A stretch of 64,000 nucleotides of DNA from an uncultured Verrucomicrobiota bacterium (GTDB taxonomy: Bacteria > Verrucomicrobiota > Kiritimatiellia > JAAZAB01), in the NCBI GenBank assembly GCA_964475405.1, contig CAYYWX010000002.1, positions 1-64,000 on the forward strand. The letters run 5' to 3'. How positions within the stretch are numbered: the stretch's first letter is position 1; each line of letters begins with the position of its first letter. The notes beneath the pieces are model-generated. The model saw only the letters and a program-made list of their open reading frames with translations. It did not search any database and was not told the origin of the DNA. This document shows, piece after piece, positions 46,239 through 56,886 of this stretch. The position numbers and the translations under genes are program-made.

Positions 46239-47222
46239 TTGAATAATAAAAAACAATTAGTTAAATTACAGGTCGTTGCCATGAATGAAATGAATGAAAA
46301 ATCTAAAACCGTTTCGGTAGTCATTCCTTTTTTGAATGAAAAGGACAATCTTCCCCGGCTTTATGAGCGGCTTGGCCGCGTTTTCCAGGAACAGCCGGAA
46401 AAAATGGAAATTATCTTTGTGGATGACGGCAGCACGGATGGCTCCCCGGAATGGGTGGAACAGAAAGCGCTGGAAGACCAGCGCGTCCGGCTCCTGCGTT
46501 TTTCCCGCAATTTCGGACACCAGATCGCGATTACCGCCGGTTTTGATCACGCCGCCGGCGACGCGGTGATAGTCATGGACGCGGATCTTCAGGATCCTCC
46601 CGAAGTGATTCCCGACCTGCTGGCCAAGTGGCGCGCGGGTTTTGAGGTAGTGTACGCCGTCCGCAAAAGCAGGGAGGGGGAAGGTTTTGTAAAAAAATTC
46701 CTGGCACACTCATTTTATAAAATTTTCCGGATGATGGTTAAATTCAATGTGCCTTTGAATGCCGGCGATTTCCGTCTCCTGGACCGGGCGGTGGTGGAAG
46801 CCCTTAAGCAGATGCGCGAGGCGCACCGTTATATGCGGGCGATGACTTCCTGGGTGGGGTTTTCCCAGTGTGCCGTGGAATACGACCGGCAGGCGCGTTT
46901 TGCCGGGGAAACCAAGTATCCGGCCTGGAAGTCGCTGCGCCTGGCGATTGACGGGATGACGTCGTTTTCGGCCGCGCCATTGCGCTGGGTATCGGGACTT
47001 GGAATTTGCGTGAGCATATTGGGGGTGCTGTGGCTGGCCATTATTCTCTGGGGCAAGTTTCAAAATCCATCCGGGCCGGTGCCGGGCTGGACTTCGGTGA
47101 TCGCGGCCGTGTTGATTTTCAGCGGTGTGCAGATGATTTCCATCGGATTGCTGGGCCAGTATATCAGCCGTATTTTTGAAGAAAGTAAAAAGCGCCCGCT
47201 CTATATCCTTCGCAAAAAATGA
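46239..47222 (+). CDS. GT2 polyprenyl-phosphate glycosyltransferase (ArnC/GtrB/DPM1-like) with C-terminal TM helices
   Basis: VVIPFLNE…FVDDGSTDGS…MDADLQDPPE motifs and two C-terminal TM segments. An alternative start lies at 46281. Confidence 0.85.
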   Translation: MNNKKQLVKLQVVAMNEMNEKSKTVSVVIPFLNEKDNLPRLYERLGRVFQEQPEKMEIIFVDDGSTDGSPEWVEQKALEDQRVRLLRFSRNFGHQIAITAGFDHAAGDAVIVMDADLQDPPEVIPDLLAKWRAGFEVVYAVRKSREGEGFVKKFLAHSFYKIFRMMVKFNVPLNAGDFRLLDRAVVEALKQMREAHRYMRAMTSWVGFSQCAVEYDRQARFAGETKYPAWKSLRLAIDGMTSFSAAPLRWVSGLGICVSILGVLWLAIILWGKFQNPSGPVPGWTSVIAAVLIFSGVQMISIGLLGQYISRIFEESKKRPLYILRKK

Positions 47223-47229
47223 GTCAGCC

Positions 47230-48204
47230 ATGAGCTTGCCCGTTTCTTCGGATACGGTCTCAATTATTGTTCCGGTTCATAACGGGGCGGCCACAATCGG
47301 CCGCTGCCTGGATTCATTATTAAACCAGGATTTTCCGGTGCTGGAAGTTATTGTCGTGGATGATGGTTCCACGGATGGCACTCCCGATTTGGTCAAGGCG
47401 CCGGCAACATTGATTCGCGCCGGGGGACAAAAGGGAGCCGGCGCGGCGCGCAACGCCGGAGCGCGGGCCGCGCGGGGCGACGTGCTGATGTTCACGGACG
47501 CGGACGTGGTCGCGCCGAAAAACTGGGTACGGCTGGCGTTGGAAACGATGCGCGCGCGCGGGGTTGACTGCGGCGGCGGCGGATACGCGGGACCATGGAA
47601 GGAAGTTTTTATGCAGCAATTCGCGTTTGAGGAACTGGCGTTTCGGCGCCGCCATATCGGCGGCTATGTTGAAACCCTGGTCTCCAACAACCTTTTCTGC
47701 CGGGCCGCGCTGTTTAAGGAAGCGGGCGGATTTCCCGAAAATTACCGGGCGGCCAGCAGCGAGGACATGGAGTTTTCCTGGAAAATAAGCCGGAACCGCA
47801 AATTGTGGTGGGACAGGGAAAACGGCGTGTATCATGATTTTGCCGGCACCCTTTGCCGCTATCTGAAACAACAATTCGGGTTTGCCCGCGATGCCGTGCC
47901 GATGCTCATCAAGACATCCGGGCTCCTTAAGGGCAGGACGCACCATGGCCGGCTTATCTACCTGGAAATGTTTTTGACACTGGCGGCGGTAGTTTCGGGA
48001 TTGCTTGGACAGTGGATGGCAACGGGATTGCTGTTCGGCGGTCTTCTGATTGTCAATTTTCATTTTTTTGCTTTTATCGCCGGAAAGCGCGGTCTGGTTT
48101 TTGTCTTGAAAAGCGTGCCGACAATTATTGCACGGAATCTGGCCATAGTGACGGGATGCGGATTGGGATTTTTCCGGCTGCTGACCGGACAGGGGAGGAA
48201 CTGA
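47230..48204 (+). CDS. GT2-family glycosyltransferase with C-terminal membrane segments
   Basis: SIIVPVHNG…VVDDGSTDGT…TDADV motifs. Start set at MSLPVSS (8 bp after the previous stop). Confidence 0.8.
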   Translation: MSLPVSSDTVSIIVPVHNGAATIGRCLDSLLNQDFPVLEVIVVDDGSTDGTPDLVKAPATLIRAGGQKGAGAARNAGARAARGDVLMFTDADVVAPKNWVRLALETMRARGVDCGGGGYAGPWKEVFMQQFAFEELAFRRRHIGGYVETLVSNNLFCRAALFKEAGGFPENYRAASSEDMEFSWKISRNRKLWWDRENGVYHDFAGTLCRYLKQQFGFARDAVPMLIKTSGLLKGRTHHGRLIYLEMFLTLAAVVSGLLGQWMATGLLFGGLLIVNFHFFAFIAGKRGLVFVLKSVPTIIARNLAIVTGCGLGFFRLLTGQGRN

Positions 48205-48207
48205 GCC

Positions 48208-49674
48208 ATGAAAGCGGCACTGGTCAGCGCGCCTTTTCTAAAGGACTTTTGCCGTTCCCAGCGGTGGCCGGTGGTGAACAGGACCCGCGCCATGCGTTAT
48301 CCGGACTGGCTGGCCTATAGCGCCGGGGTCCTGGAAAAGGAAGGCTTTGAAATAGCGTTTAGAGATTTTATCGCCGAGGACGGTTCAATCGGGGATGTTG
48401 TTAATTTCACGGCGAAATGGAAACCCGATCTGCTGGTGCTGGATGCGACCACGCCTTCCATTTATAGCGATATAAATTGCGCCAAAGAATGTAAGGCCGC
48501 TTATCCTCGCGCTCACGTTGTTTTTGTGGGCCCGCATGTAACCGTTTATGACGAGGCGACGCTTAAAGAAGCCGATGGCGCCGTTGATTCGGTGGCCAGG
48601 GGCGAATATGACTATACGGTGCGCGATCTGGCCCGCGCCCTGGACGGCGGAACCGACCTGGCCGGGGTTCCGGGGCTTACCTGGCGGAAGCAGAAGGATG
48701 TGGTTAAAAATCCGCCCCGCGCCCTGATTGAAAATCTCGACGAGCTGCCTTTCCCGGCCTGGAAATACCTTGACGTGCGGAAGTATCGGAACAACACCTA
48801 TCTTTATCCGTTCCTTGATCAAATCAGCGGACGGGGATGTCCCAACCGGTGCGTGTTTTGTCAATGGCCGCAGGTGATGCACGGCCGGCGTTATCGTTAT
48901 TGTTCTCCCGGCCGGGTTGTGGCGGAATTCCTGGAAAATTTTGACCGTTTCAAGGTCAAGGAAGTTTTTTTTGAGGATGACACCCTGACGGCGGACAGGG
49001 AACGCCTGCGTGAAATCTGCCGGCTGATCATTGCCAGCGGGCGGCGGGTGGCCTGGTCATGCAACTCGCGGGTGGACTGGGCGGATGAGGGCCTTTTGAG
49101 GATGATGAAGGCGGCGGGATGCCGGATGCTGCTGATCGGCGCCGAAAGCGGCAGCCAGCAGATCCTTGACCGGGTGCACAAGGGGATCCGGCTTGAACAG
49201 ACGCGTGATTTTGTCGCCCTGGCCCGCAAGGCCGGTCTGAACACCCATGCCTGCTGGGTGATCGGCCTGCCGGGAGAGACGCGGGAGACTATTGAGCAGA
49301 CAATCCGCTTTGCCAAGGAGGTGGACACAGACACGATTCAGGCCTCGGCCGTAATGCCGCAGGTCGGAACCGAGCTATTCCATTGGGCGCGACAAAACAA
49401 TTATATCACCATGAAATCGTGGCGCGACTACGCCATGGACGGTGAACAGACGGCCGTCATGCAGTATCCGGATTTATCCCAGGCAGAGATGAACACCGCG
49501 GTTAACCGTTTGCTTCGGGAATATTATTTCCGACCCATGGTTGTTGCGCGGTTATTCTGGCAGACGATAAAACATCCATCATTGCTGATTTCTTATGTTA
49601 TTGGGGCTATACGTCTTGTTAAATATTTTATGATGCGAGCGGGCATCGTTGAGAAGAACAATAATGTGCGCTAA
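48208..49674 (+). CDS. B12-binding-domain radical SAM enzyme (class B radical SAM)
   Basis: An N-terminal cobalamin-binding-like domain followed by the radical SAM core with GCPNRCVFCQW (the CxxxCxxC cluster motif). Confidence 0.85.
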   Translation: MKAALVSAPFLKDFCRSQRWPVVNRTRAMRYPDWLAYSAGVLEKEGFEIAFRDFIAEDGSIGDVVNFTAKWKPDLLVLDATTPSIYSDINCAKECKAAYPRAHVVFVGPHVTVYDEATLKEADGAVDSVARGEYDYTVRDLARALDGGTDLAGVPGLTWRKQKDVVKNPPRALIENLDELPFPAWKYLDVRKYRNNTYLYPFLDQISGRGCPNRCVFCQWPQVMHGRRYRYCSPGRVVAEFLENFDRFKVKEVFFEDDTLTADRERLREICRLIIASGRRVAWSCNSRVDWADEGLLRMMKAAGCRMLLIGAESGSQQILDRVHKGIRLEQTRDFVALARKAGLNTHACWVIGLPGETRETIEQTIRFAKEVDTDTIQASAVMPQVGTELFHWARQNNYITMKSWRDYAMDGEQTAVMQYPDLSQAEMNTAVNRLLREYYFRPMVVARLFWQTIKHPSLLISYVIGAIRLVKYFMMRAGIVEKNNNVR

Positions 49675-49767
49675 CGGATCTTCGTTGCCATCAGCCGGCA
49701 GCGTCAATATAATACTTCTAAATTTCGTATTCTTTGGACAAACCTGAAACTAGAAAGGCATAAATAG

Positions 49768-50763
49768 ATGAAACAAGCAAAACTGGCCTTGGCTGGATTA
49801 TTATTGGCTGTCACTTGTGGGTACGCTCAAGAGAAGGATACTAATTCGATTTGTGTTGTATTGAAGACACAAGACGGGTCAAGTGTCGTCGGGTTACCTA
49901 AGAAACTTAATATTACTATTGAGACTGAATTCGGGAACATGTCGGTTCCGCTCGTCCTTCTTAACCGAATCGAGCATGATTCCTGCAAGACCAACACCGT
50001 ATTATACTTTAAAAACGAAGACCGATTGAGTGGAATATGGAAAGATAAAACATTCGAGTTGAAAACCGCTTTTGGGGATCAAGAAGTGCCGACGCCGTTG
50101 CTGAAGTCGGTGACAATGCGTTCTGACAGTGTAAAAGAAGGTTTAATTCTGTATTTCACCTTCGATGCCGAGGATAGCGATGTCATTCATGACAAGAGTG
50201 GAAAAGGAAATAACGGCGTGCTCTGCGGAGCCAAGTATGTCCAGGACGGGAAAGTTGGCGGGGGGATCAGGGTGGGAAGACGTATGGGCTATATACAAGT
50301 GCCAGACAACGAATTGTGGTCATTCGGCATGAAACCTTTTACCATCTGTCTCTGGCTCAAGCTGGATGCTCTTCCTTATAATGAGCATGATTTTATTGGA
50401 CACAACGAAGGTGGAGGGGATCGGAATAAATGGGCATTTGAGTTTCTGAATGGCAATATTTGTTTCCATATCAACAATCCAAATAATGCAAGTTTCAGAA
50501 TCGCGTCATATCCATGGTTGCCGCAGATTGGCAAATGGCATCATTTGGCTGTCACCCGTAACGGAAATCTCTACAATATCTACATTGACGGCGCGTGTGC
50601 TGCAACTGACAACAATCAATTGCCCGTTCCGGTTGCCAGCGCTCCTCTCACCATCGGACAAGCAGAAGGTCTTTATGTGGAGGGGATGATTGATGAGGTA
50701 ATGATTTTTGATCGTGCCCTTCCCGCGGATAGCATTCAGCAAATCTATAATGCGGGAAAATAA
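49768..50763 (+). CDS. Secreted LamG/concanavalin-A-like lectin domain protein
   Basis: Signal peptide (MKQAKLALAGLLLAVTCGYA). The C-terminal LamG signature DEVMIFDRALPADSIQQIYNAG is typical of Laminin_G_3. The gene lies in a visibly lower-GC stretch. Confidence 0.75.
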   Translation: MKQAKLALAGLLLAVTCGYAQEKDTNSICVVLKTQDGSSVVGLPKKLNITIETEFGNMSVPLVLLNRIEHDSCKTNTVLYFKNEDRLSGIWKDKTFELKTAFGDQEVPTPLLKSVTMRSDSVKEGLILYFTFDAEDSDVIHDKSGKGNNGVLCGAKYVQDGKVGGGIRVGRRMGYIQVPDNELWSFGMKPFTICLWLKLDALPYNEHDFIGHNEGGGDRNKWAFEFLNGNICFHINNPNNASFRIASYPWLPQIGKWHHLAVTRNGNLYNIYIDGACAATDNNQLPVPVASAPLTIGQAEGLYVEGMIDEVMIFDRALPADSIQQIYNAGK

Positions 50764-50868
50764 AACATCCAACAAAGAATATAATTACGCTGAATCTTGC
50801 GCAAATTTGGGCATGGAAATATCCTTATTGCCCCGATATGCTTAAAATCAAAGGTTTTTCAGGACTAT

Positions 50869-51891
50869 TTATGATTGCAACGTAATTTGCCGACGATCCA
50901 GCATGCCCCTGTCGAGCATCCACTGCAACTCATCACGCAAGGCAATTCGCACGGATGGAGGTGCAAATCCTAGTTGCGACTTGGCCTTGCTGTTGTCGTA
51001 GTGCATATTCAGCCAGGCCCGTTTGACGGTGGACACGCGGATAAAGGGATCAATTCTAAAAAGATGCCATCCGAATTGACAGGCATAAGCAAGCGGGAAA
51101 ACCATCCATAAAGGTAATTTAAGGCGCGGTGCCGGCACCCCGGTATATTCTGTAATCATTCCGAAGAATTCTGAAAGCAGGATGTTGTCGTCGCCGCAGA
51201 GCAGGTAACGTTGCCCTATGCAACCTTTTTCCAATGCCAGCAGATGCCCCCTGGCAACGGCGCGCACGTCGACAAAATTATTGCGTATATCAAAATAACC
51301 CGGCAGGCGGCGATTGATGAAATCAAGAATCAGTTTGCCCGTATAGGTCGGCTTGACGTCGCCGGGGCCAACACAGGCGGATGGCTGGACGATTACCACC
51401 GGAACGTTCTCGCGGGCACATAGATCCAGCGCTGTTTTTTCGCCCAGATATTTTGATCGCTCATAATCGGTGGATGCGTTCCATAAGTTAAAGGGTGTGT
51501 TTTCGTTATTCATGGCGCCTTTGCGGGAGGATCCCAGCGCCGCCGCGCTGCCGGTATAAACGATTTTTTTAACACCGGCTTTTTTCGCGGTTTGAAGAAT
51601 AAGCCGCGTGCCATCCACGTTGCTCGATAGAATATTATCCTTCTGCCTGCTGGTGGGCGTGTTGACTCCGGCAACATGACACAAGGCATCGGCGCCCGTT
51701 AAGAACGGCGCAAGGGAGGATGCGTCGCGGATGTCGCCTTGATATACATGCACGCCTTTGAATTTCCATGCCGGGATCATGCCGGCACTGTCGCTGCGCA
51801 CGAGAATACGCACGCGGTAGCCCGAGGCCAGCGCCGCGTCTACCACGTGCGAGCCGATAAAACCAGTGGCGCCGGTGATCGCTAGTTCCAT
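50869..51891 (-). CDS. NAD-dependent epimerase/dehydratase family protein (HpnA/dihydroflavonol-reductase-like)
   Basis: Rossmann motif ITGATGFIGSHVV and an extended-SDR architecture. Confidence 0.8.
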   Translation of the reverse strand: MELAITGATGFIGSHVVDAALASGYRVRILVRSDSAGMIPAWKFKGVHVYQGDIRDASSLAPFLTGADALCHVAGVNTPTSRQKDNILSSNVDGTRLILQTAKKAGVKKIVYTGSAAALGSSRKGAMNNENTPFNLWNASTDYERSKYLGEKTALDLCARENVPVVIVQPSACVGPGDVKPTYTGKLILDFINRRLPGYFDIRNNFVDVRAVARGHLLALEKGCIGQRYLLCGDDNILLSEFFGMITEYTGVPAPRLKLPLWMVFPLAYACQFGWHLFRIDPFIRVSTVKRAWLNMHYDNSKAKSQLGFAPPSVRIALRDELQWMLDRGMLDRRQITLQS

Positions 51892-51924
51892 GTTATCTTC
51901 GCCCAATCCTTGATGTTAAAAAAT

Positions 51925-53226
51925 TCATGCAAACAGGCGCTGTCTGGCATATTTAAGAATGTATGACAATCTCCAGTAATATGAAACATATGCCTTTTCG
52001 CGCAGGAGATCCAATTCGCCGGGGTTTAGGTTGTCATGTTTATAGGTAAGCGTGTAACCATCGAACTTGTCCCAGTCCGCGTTGATCTTCTCCTTGAGTA
52101 TTTGGTATCCGTCGGTACCGGGCAACGGGGTGTATATATAGAAAAGGGCGGTAAAAGTGTTTAATAATTTTGCATACTCAATAGTGTTCAGGATGTTTGC
52201 CGTGGAGTCTTCCGGATAGCCAAACATATAAAACGCGTTTATTTTAATGCCATTCCTTTCTGCGAACTTGACGATTGATTCCAGTTTATGGGATTCAATC
52301 GGCTTGCGCTTGTTTTTGGAGAGGATATCCAGGTCTTTTGTTTCAATGCCCGCGTTAATGCCGCGCAGCCCGACCGATTTCATTTTCATTAACATTTCTT
52401 CCGATAAACAATCAAGACGGGTTTCGCACATAAAATCGAACCGCAGGTTCTTTGTTCTTATGGCATCGACAAGGCGCATGATGAAATCATGGTCGGCGGT
52501 AAATGTGGCATCGCGGAAAAAAACGCCTTTCATATTGTAGCGTTTGATCAGATAAGATAGTTCCTCTATAATATTTTCTACGCTCCGGCGCCGGTAGTGT
52601 TTGCTCATCACAAGGTATGGACAATAATTGCACTTGAAGGGGCAGGAGCGCGAGGCCAACATCGGGAAAACCGGGGCGACATGGATTTTCGGGCGCAAGG
52701 TGTAGGTTTGGTAAGGGAAAATATCCCAATACGGGAAGGGAATCGTGTCCGGATCCATGATGTCCAAGCTGGGAACGATGCCTTCTTCCAGCCTGCCGGA
52801 AGAGAGCATCCGTTGAAAAGCCGCTTCCGGTTCACCGACCACGACGGATATGTTGTTTTCGACAAAAAGGCCTGGCATTGAGGAGGCAAACGGCCCTATA
52901 AAATAAATTTTCTTCCCGCTTTTCGCATACTTGCGGGCAACGTCAATTTCCAAATAATGGGCAACCATGGATGCGTGCATGATCACCACGTCGCAGTTCT
53001 CGGGCACATTGTTATAAACGTACGAAATCTCGTGGCCATGCTGTTTGGCGAGCGCGGCCAGATAGCCGAGGTATATGAAGGGCGTATTGGAGCCGCCGCC
53101 GATTTTCATTAACAACCTGGCCTTGAGCGAATTGCCAAAATTGATTTTCAGGCCGTAACCGCCCTGAAATTCTCTTTTAATGCGGCTGGCGCTGTCCGGC
53201 TGAATGTCGAGAATGGAAATATTCAT
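51925..53226 (-). CDS. B12-binding-domain radical SAM enzyme (second copy, divergent)
   Basis: N-terminal B12-binding-like domain followed by SRSCPFKCNYCPY radical SAM cluster motif. Confidence 0.85.
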   Translation of the reverse strand: MNISILDIQPDSASRIKREFQGGYGLKINFGNSLKARLLMKIGGGSNTPFIYLGYLAALAKQHGHEISYVYNNVPENCDVVIMHASMVAHYLEIDVARKYAKSGKKIYFIGPFASSMPGLFVENNISVVVGEPEAAFQRMLSSGRLEEGIVPSLDIMDPDTIPFPYWDIFPYQTYTLRPKIHVAPVFPMLASRSCPFKCNYCPYLVMSKHYRRRSVENIIEELSYLIKRYNMKGVFFRDATFTADHDFIMRLVDAIRTKNLRFDFMCETRLDCLSEEMLMKMKSVGLRGINAGIETKDLDILSKNKRKPIESHKLESIVKFAERNGIKINAFYMFGYPEDSTANILNTIEYAKLLNTFTALFYIYTPLPGTDGYQILKEKINADWDKFDGYTLTYKHDNLNPGELDLLREKAYVSYYWRLSYILKYARQRLFA

Positions 53227-53508
53227 GCGATATTCTTCAGGTAAACGATAAATTTGCCGGCTCTTTGGGAGTGATGAGCCGTGAATATGATGTTTTGATC
53301 CATGATTCTTGTCTCAATAGTTAAACGCCTTTGAGGCAGAATGTCAGCTCTTTGTCTTCCCGTCAATCCATTTTAACGCTTGACAGCCGCTTTCCGAACC
53401 GACATGTTTTTTACAAAAATATTCTTGAATTGTAGGTGCCATAATATTCTGCGATATTTTTAATACCATGCAGTAATGTAATCGCCGTCGATGGAAAGAT
53501 AGAAGAAT

Positions 53509-55575
53509 ATGAAAAACGTTTTGGCAAGGTCAATCTGGCTGAATGCGGCATTGTTTGTGGTCGTCATGATCGCCGCCGGGTTACGCCTTTATCATTTGGG
53601 CGTTCCATCGTTTCGCGCGGATACCATGATTTTTTTTGACTTTTGCCACCGCCCAATAACCGCGTGGGCAATTTTCAGCCAATGGTTGGACCTGATGGGA
53701 AAATCGGCCCAGTTTCCGTTTCCCGTGGCAATCACCAAATATTTCATTGATGTCCTGCATCTTTCCCCGACCGCATTCATGATACGCCTGCCGAACGCGC
53801 TATTCGGCATTTTGACGGTTCTTGGCATGTATATGCTGGGACGCCAATTGGCCGGCCGCGCGTTTGGCTTGCTGTTGGCATTATGGATGGCTGTCAATCC
53901 TTTCCACATCCAGTTGAGCAGAGAGGCATACTTCTATTCATCGCTTCTGTTGGGCGTGACTTTGCAGGCTTGGGCATGTTTGTGGGCTTATCGTCACCGT
54001 AATCGGCATGATTCTTTTCCGGTTTACTTTCACGTATTGACCCAAATGGGCTTCTTTCTCATGATATATAGCCATTTTTCCGGTTGGTGCATCGGAATCT
54101 TTTATGTTCTTTTTTTAGGGTGGATTTTGGGCCGGCGTGCCTGGCGTAATCCTCATGGAAGGAAAGATTTCTGGTGGTGGTTGGTCCTGAGCGGTGTCAT
54201 CGGTATACCCTTGCTGTTCGTGTCGTGGGGGTTGCCTTATTTTTTACGTGATGCATTGGCTCCCGAAGAAATGGAGCGCAGCAGGAACCTCATGGGCGGG
54301 TTACAAACGCCTTTGATAACATTTGTGTGGCAGGCATTACAAAGCGCTTCGTGGGGACAAACCCCGTTACGCATTGCGCTCCTCGTGATTGTTGGCGGGC
54401 TTACGGTTATTGAGTTGGTGTTTAATCGAAATCGGTGTCGTCGAGCTTTGATTATGGTTCTGCTTCTATTCGGCGGATTACTGGCATATAAGTTCAGCTT
54501 CGCCACGGTCGGGTCTTATTATGCCCAGCGGCATTTGGCCTTTCTCTTTCCCTTGTATTTGAGCGTGATGGCTTATGGCGCATGGCATCTGTCCTTGTTG
54601 CCTTTGATGCATCGTGTGATTGTTTTGCCGGTCTGGCGACGGATTTTCGCGTATGCTCTTGCGGCGATCGCCGTGGCGTTGAGCGTGCAACCAGCCTGGC
54701 TTTCCACGCAACTCACCGGCAAGCCGACTCCTTTCAAGGAGGTTGCCCGCTGGTGTGACACGCGGTTGCCGCCGCGTACGCTGGTGCTGGTGGAGCGCTG
54801 GCTGGATCCGTGGAATGAACTGCGGGTGCATAATTCCACCAATGTCTTTTTCGCGTTCACGGTGCCGTCCGAGCCTGAAGACATGTTTAAGCGGTTCAAC
54901 TGGCCCGCAACGGCCAAAGCGTTTTTTGAAAATTTCCCTGACGCGGCATATTTGGAATATAACAACAGTGGCCGGAACCTGATGGGCGTTGTCTCAAACG
55001 TTTATTTCGCGAAGAGCGTAGCGTTTACAAATATGGCCGGCATCAAGCTTGCCAAAATGGGGGTCGCCTATCGCGATGATTTTTATGACGCTCATACCAA
55101 TCGGCTGATTACCACTGTTTTTTATAATACCCGCGAGGATATCATCCGGCACGCGCGAGAGCAGGGGAAGTCTACGCTGGTTTTATACGGCCCGGAATGG
55201 GGCTATGTCAAACTCTGGCAGGAATTGAAGGATTTCAGGGACTGGCGCATATTGGAAAAGCAGGCCGCCCTGGATGTCTATAACCTGACCGCTTCCACGA
55301 ATCGCGTGACGCTTAAAATGCGCGGCATGGCGCTTAACGGTTCAAAGCGTATTGAAGTTCTCGGGGAATATAATGGCGGCCCGCGCCCTATTCGCGATTT
55401 CCGTCACTTGCAGCTGGAAGAATGGGAAATAAAGGACATTACCCTCAGACCGGGGCTTAACAAAATCGTATTTTCAGATTCCTTGTGGTCGGTGTCCAAA
55501 GTCCCGTTATTGGTGGACCAAGTCAAGGCTTTTCCGCAAGATGCGGCCATGAGCGCCGGCGGACAAAATCCATGA
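53509..55575 (+). CDS. GT-C fold polytopic glycosyltransferase (ArnT/PMT_2, GT39/GT83-like) with large C-terminal periplasmic domain
   Basis: The N-terminus …LRLYHLGVPSFRADTMIFFDF… and 11-13 TM helices are typical of undecaprenyl-phosphate-sugar dependent transferases. Confidence 0.7.
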   Translation: MKNVLARSIWLNAALFVVVMIAAGLRLYHLGVPSFRADTMIFFDFCHRPITAWAIFSQWLDLMGKSAQFPFPVAITKYFIDVLHLSPTAFMIRLPNALFGILTVLGMYMLGRQLAGRAFGLLLALWMAVNPFHIQLSREAYFYSSLLLGVTLQAWACLWAYRHRNRHDSFPVYFHVLTQMGFFLMIYSHFSGWCIGIFYVLFLGWILGRRAWRNPHGRKDFWWWLVLSGVIGIPLLFVSWGLPYFLRDALAPEEMERSRNLMGGLQTPLITFVWQALQSASWGQTPLRIALLVIVGGLTVIELVFNRNRCRRALIMVLLLFGGLLAYKFSFATVGSYYAQRHLAFLFPLYLSVMAYGAWHLSLLPLMHRVIVLPVWRRIFAYALAAIAVALSVQPAWLSTQLTGKPTPFKEVARWCDTRLPPRTLVLVERWLDPWNELRVHNSTNVFFAFTVPSEPEDMFKRFNWPATAKAFFENFPDAAYLEYNNSGRNLMGVVSNVYFAKSVAFTNMAGIKLAKMGVAYRDDFYDAHTNRLITTVFYNTREDIIRHAREQGKSTLVLYGPEWGYVKLWQELKDFRDWRILEKQAALDVYNLTASTNRVTLKMRGMALNGSKRIEVLGEYNGGPRPIRDFRHLQLEEWEIKDITLRPGLNKIVFSDSLWSVSKVPLLVDQVKAFPQDAAMSAGGQNP

Positions 55576-56839
55576 TTTGCCGGACAGCCAATTCCAGGCT
55601 TTTGCCCAGGAATATATAAAGCATGAGCATATAAGGGATATAGAAAATCATGGCGGCCATGTGGTGATGGTGCCACATGTGTCCTTTCATCAACGCCCAC
55701 GAGAGGCTGGAAAGCATTCCCCATAATGTCGCCCCGGCAAGGGCAACCATTAACCTGCGATTTTGATTAAATCTGGGGAACATGCGCCCGTCCGCGAAGG
55801 CGAGAATCGCAAGGGGAAGATAAGCGAATAGCGCGGCAAATACCGACAGGGCAACCTTGTATGGGCCTCCTTGCTGGTATGGGATGCTGAGCAGGGGATG
55901 GGTCAGGTATTGGTTGAATATTGTAAAAATTGACACATTTGCCGGAGCGGTCCAATCATAGGAGGCGAAGGCGGGATCATTCGCGAACATCCGGTTGGCA
56001 ATGGCGTGAAATACAATGATGGATTTGCTCCAATCCTTGTAGTAGAGATAATTCTGAAAGGTGATCGCCAGCATGCCGATGGCAACCATGACGGCTGCCG
56101 TCGTGCAGGTGGCAAAACAGCGGAAAGCCGTTTGTTTCCAGGGGTGTCCCTTTAAAATTCCATAAAAAACAGGCCCGGTCCCCACGCTGAAAACAATGCA
56201 AGTAATAAATTCGTTACAGCAGAGAGACAGGGTAAGCACGGCCAGGGCTATGACGGCAAGGTAATGGTAAAAACCAAATCTTCCTTTGCGTTCCACGAGC
56301 GGCATCAGCATCATCGAAAGAACAAAAGGCAAAAGCCGTAAAAAATATACCTGGTAGACGTTGCGCCCGATGAAGACAAGCCAGTCGGAAAGATTCGTCA
56401 GCACGACCAAGGCCACCGCCGCGCCAATTCCGAACTGGCGATAAACATACAGCGTAAAAGCGCTTAACATGACGGCAAAGAGCAATGCGACCACCTTGTT
56501 GGCTTTATGAATGAAGTCGTCAGGGGTGAGAGGGCTGCGGTAATACATCCGGCTGTAAATTTTACCGTGCAGGGCAAAGGCGCGGTCGTAGGCATTGGTC
56601 GGGTTGGGATACATGAACATGCCGCCGGAACTGTAAAGGCCGTCCTGCCTTGTTTTTATCAGCATCGCGCGGACTGCGCCTTCCATGTCATTCTGGAACC
56701 ATTCAAAAACCCGCGGCCGCCATTGCTTGGGGTCGTAAGGATCGCCAACCTTAAAAATGTTTTTTGTGAAATTCTGGTAAAAAAGCGTAGTCAAACAGCA
56801 AAAGACGCCGATAAATATGATCAAACGATGGGACTTCAT
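55523..56839 (-). CDS. Polytopic membrane protein, unknown function (possibly polymerase/ligase-like)
   Basis: 438 aa with about 10 hydrophobic helices. Its 3' end overlaps the convergent GT-C gene by about 53 bp. Confidence 0.5.
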   Translation of the reverse strand: MKSHRLIIFIGVFCCLTTLFYQNFTKNIFKVGDPYDPKQWRPRVFEWFQNDMEGAVRAMLIKTRQDGLYSSGGMFMYPNPTNAYDRAFALHGKIYSRMYYRSPLTPDDFIHKANKVVALLFAVMLSAFTLYVYRQFGIGAAVALVVLTNLSDWLVFIGRNVYQVYFLRLLPFVLSMMLMPLVERKGRFGFYHYLAVIALAVLTLSLCCNEFITCIVFSVGTGPVFYGILKGHPWKQTAFRCFATCTTAAVMVAIGMLAITFQNYLYYKDWSKSIIVFHAIANRMFANDPAFASYDWTAPANVSIFTIFNQYLTHPLLSIPYQQGGPYKVALSVFAALFAYLPLAILAFADGRMFPRFNQNRRLMVALAGATLWGMLSSLSWALMKGHMWHHHHMAAMIFYIPYMLMLYIFLGKSLELAVRQIMDFVRRRSWPHLAEKP

Positions 56840-56886
56840 TTTATTAACGTAAACTTCATGTGATCATGCGTTTATTCGCCCAAAAA

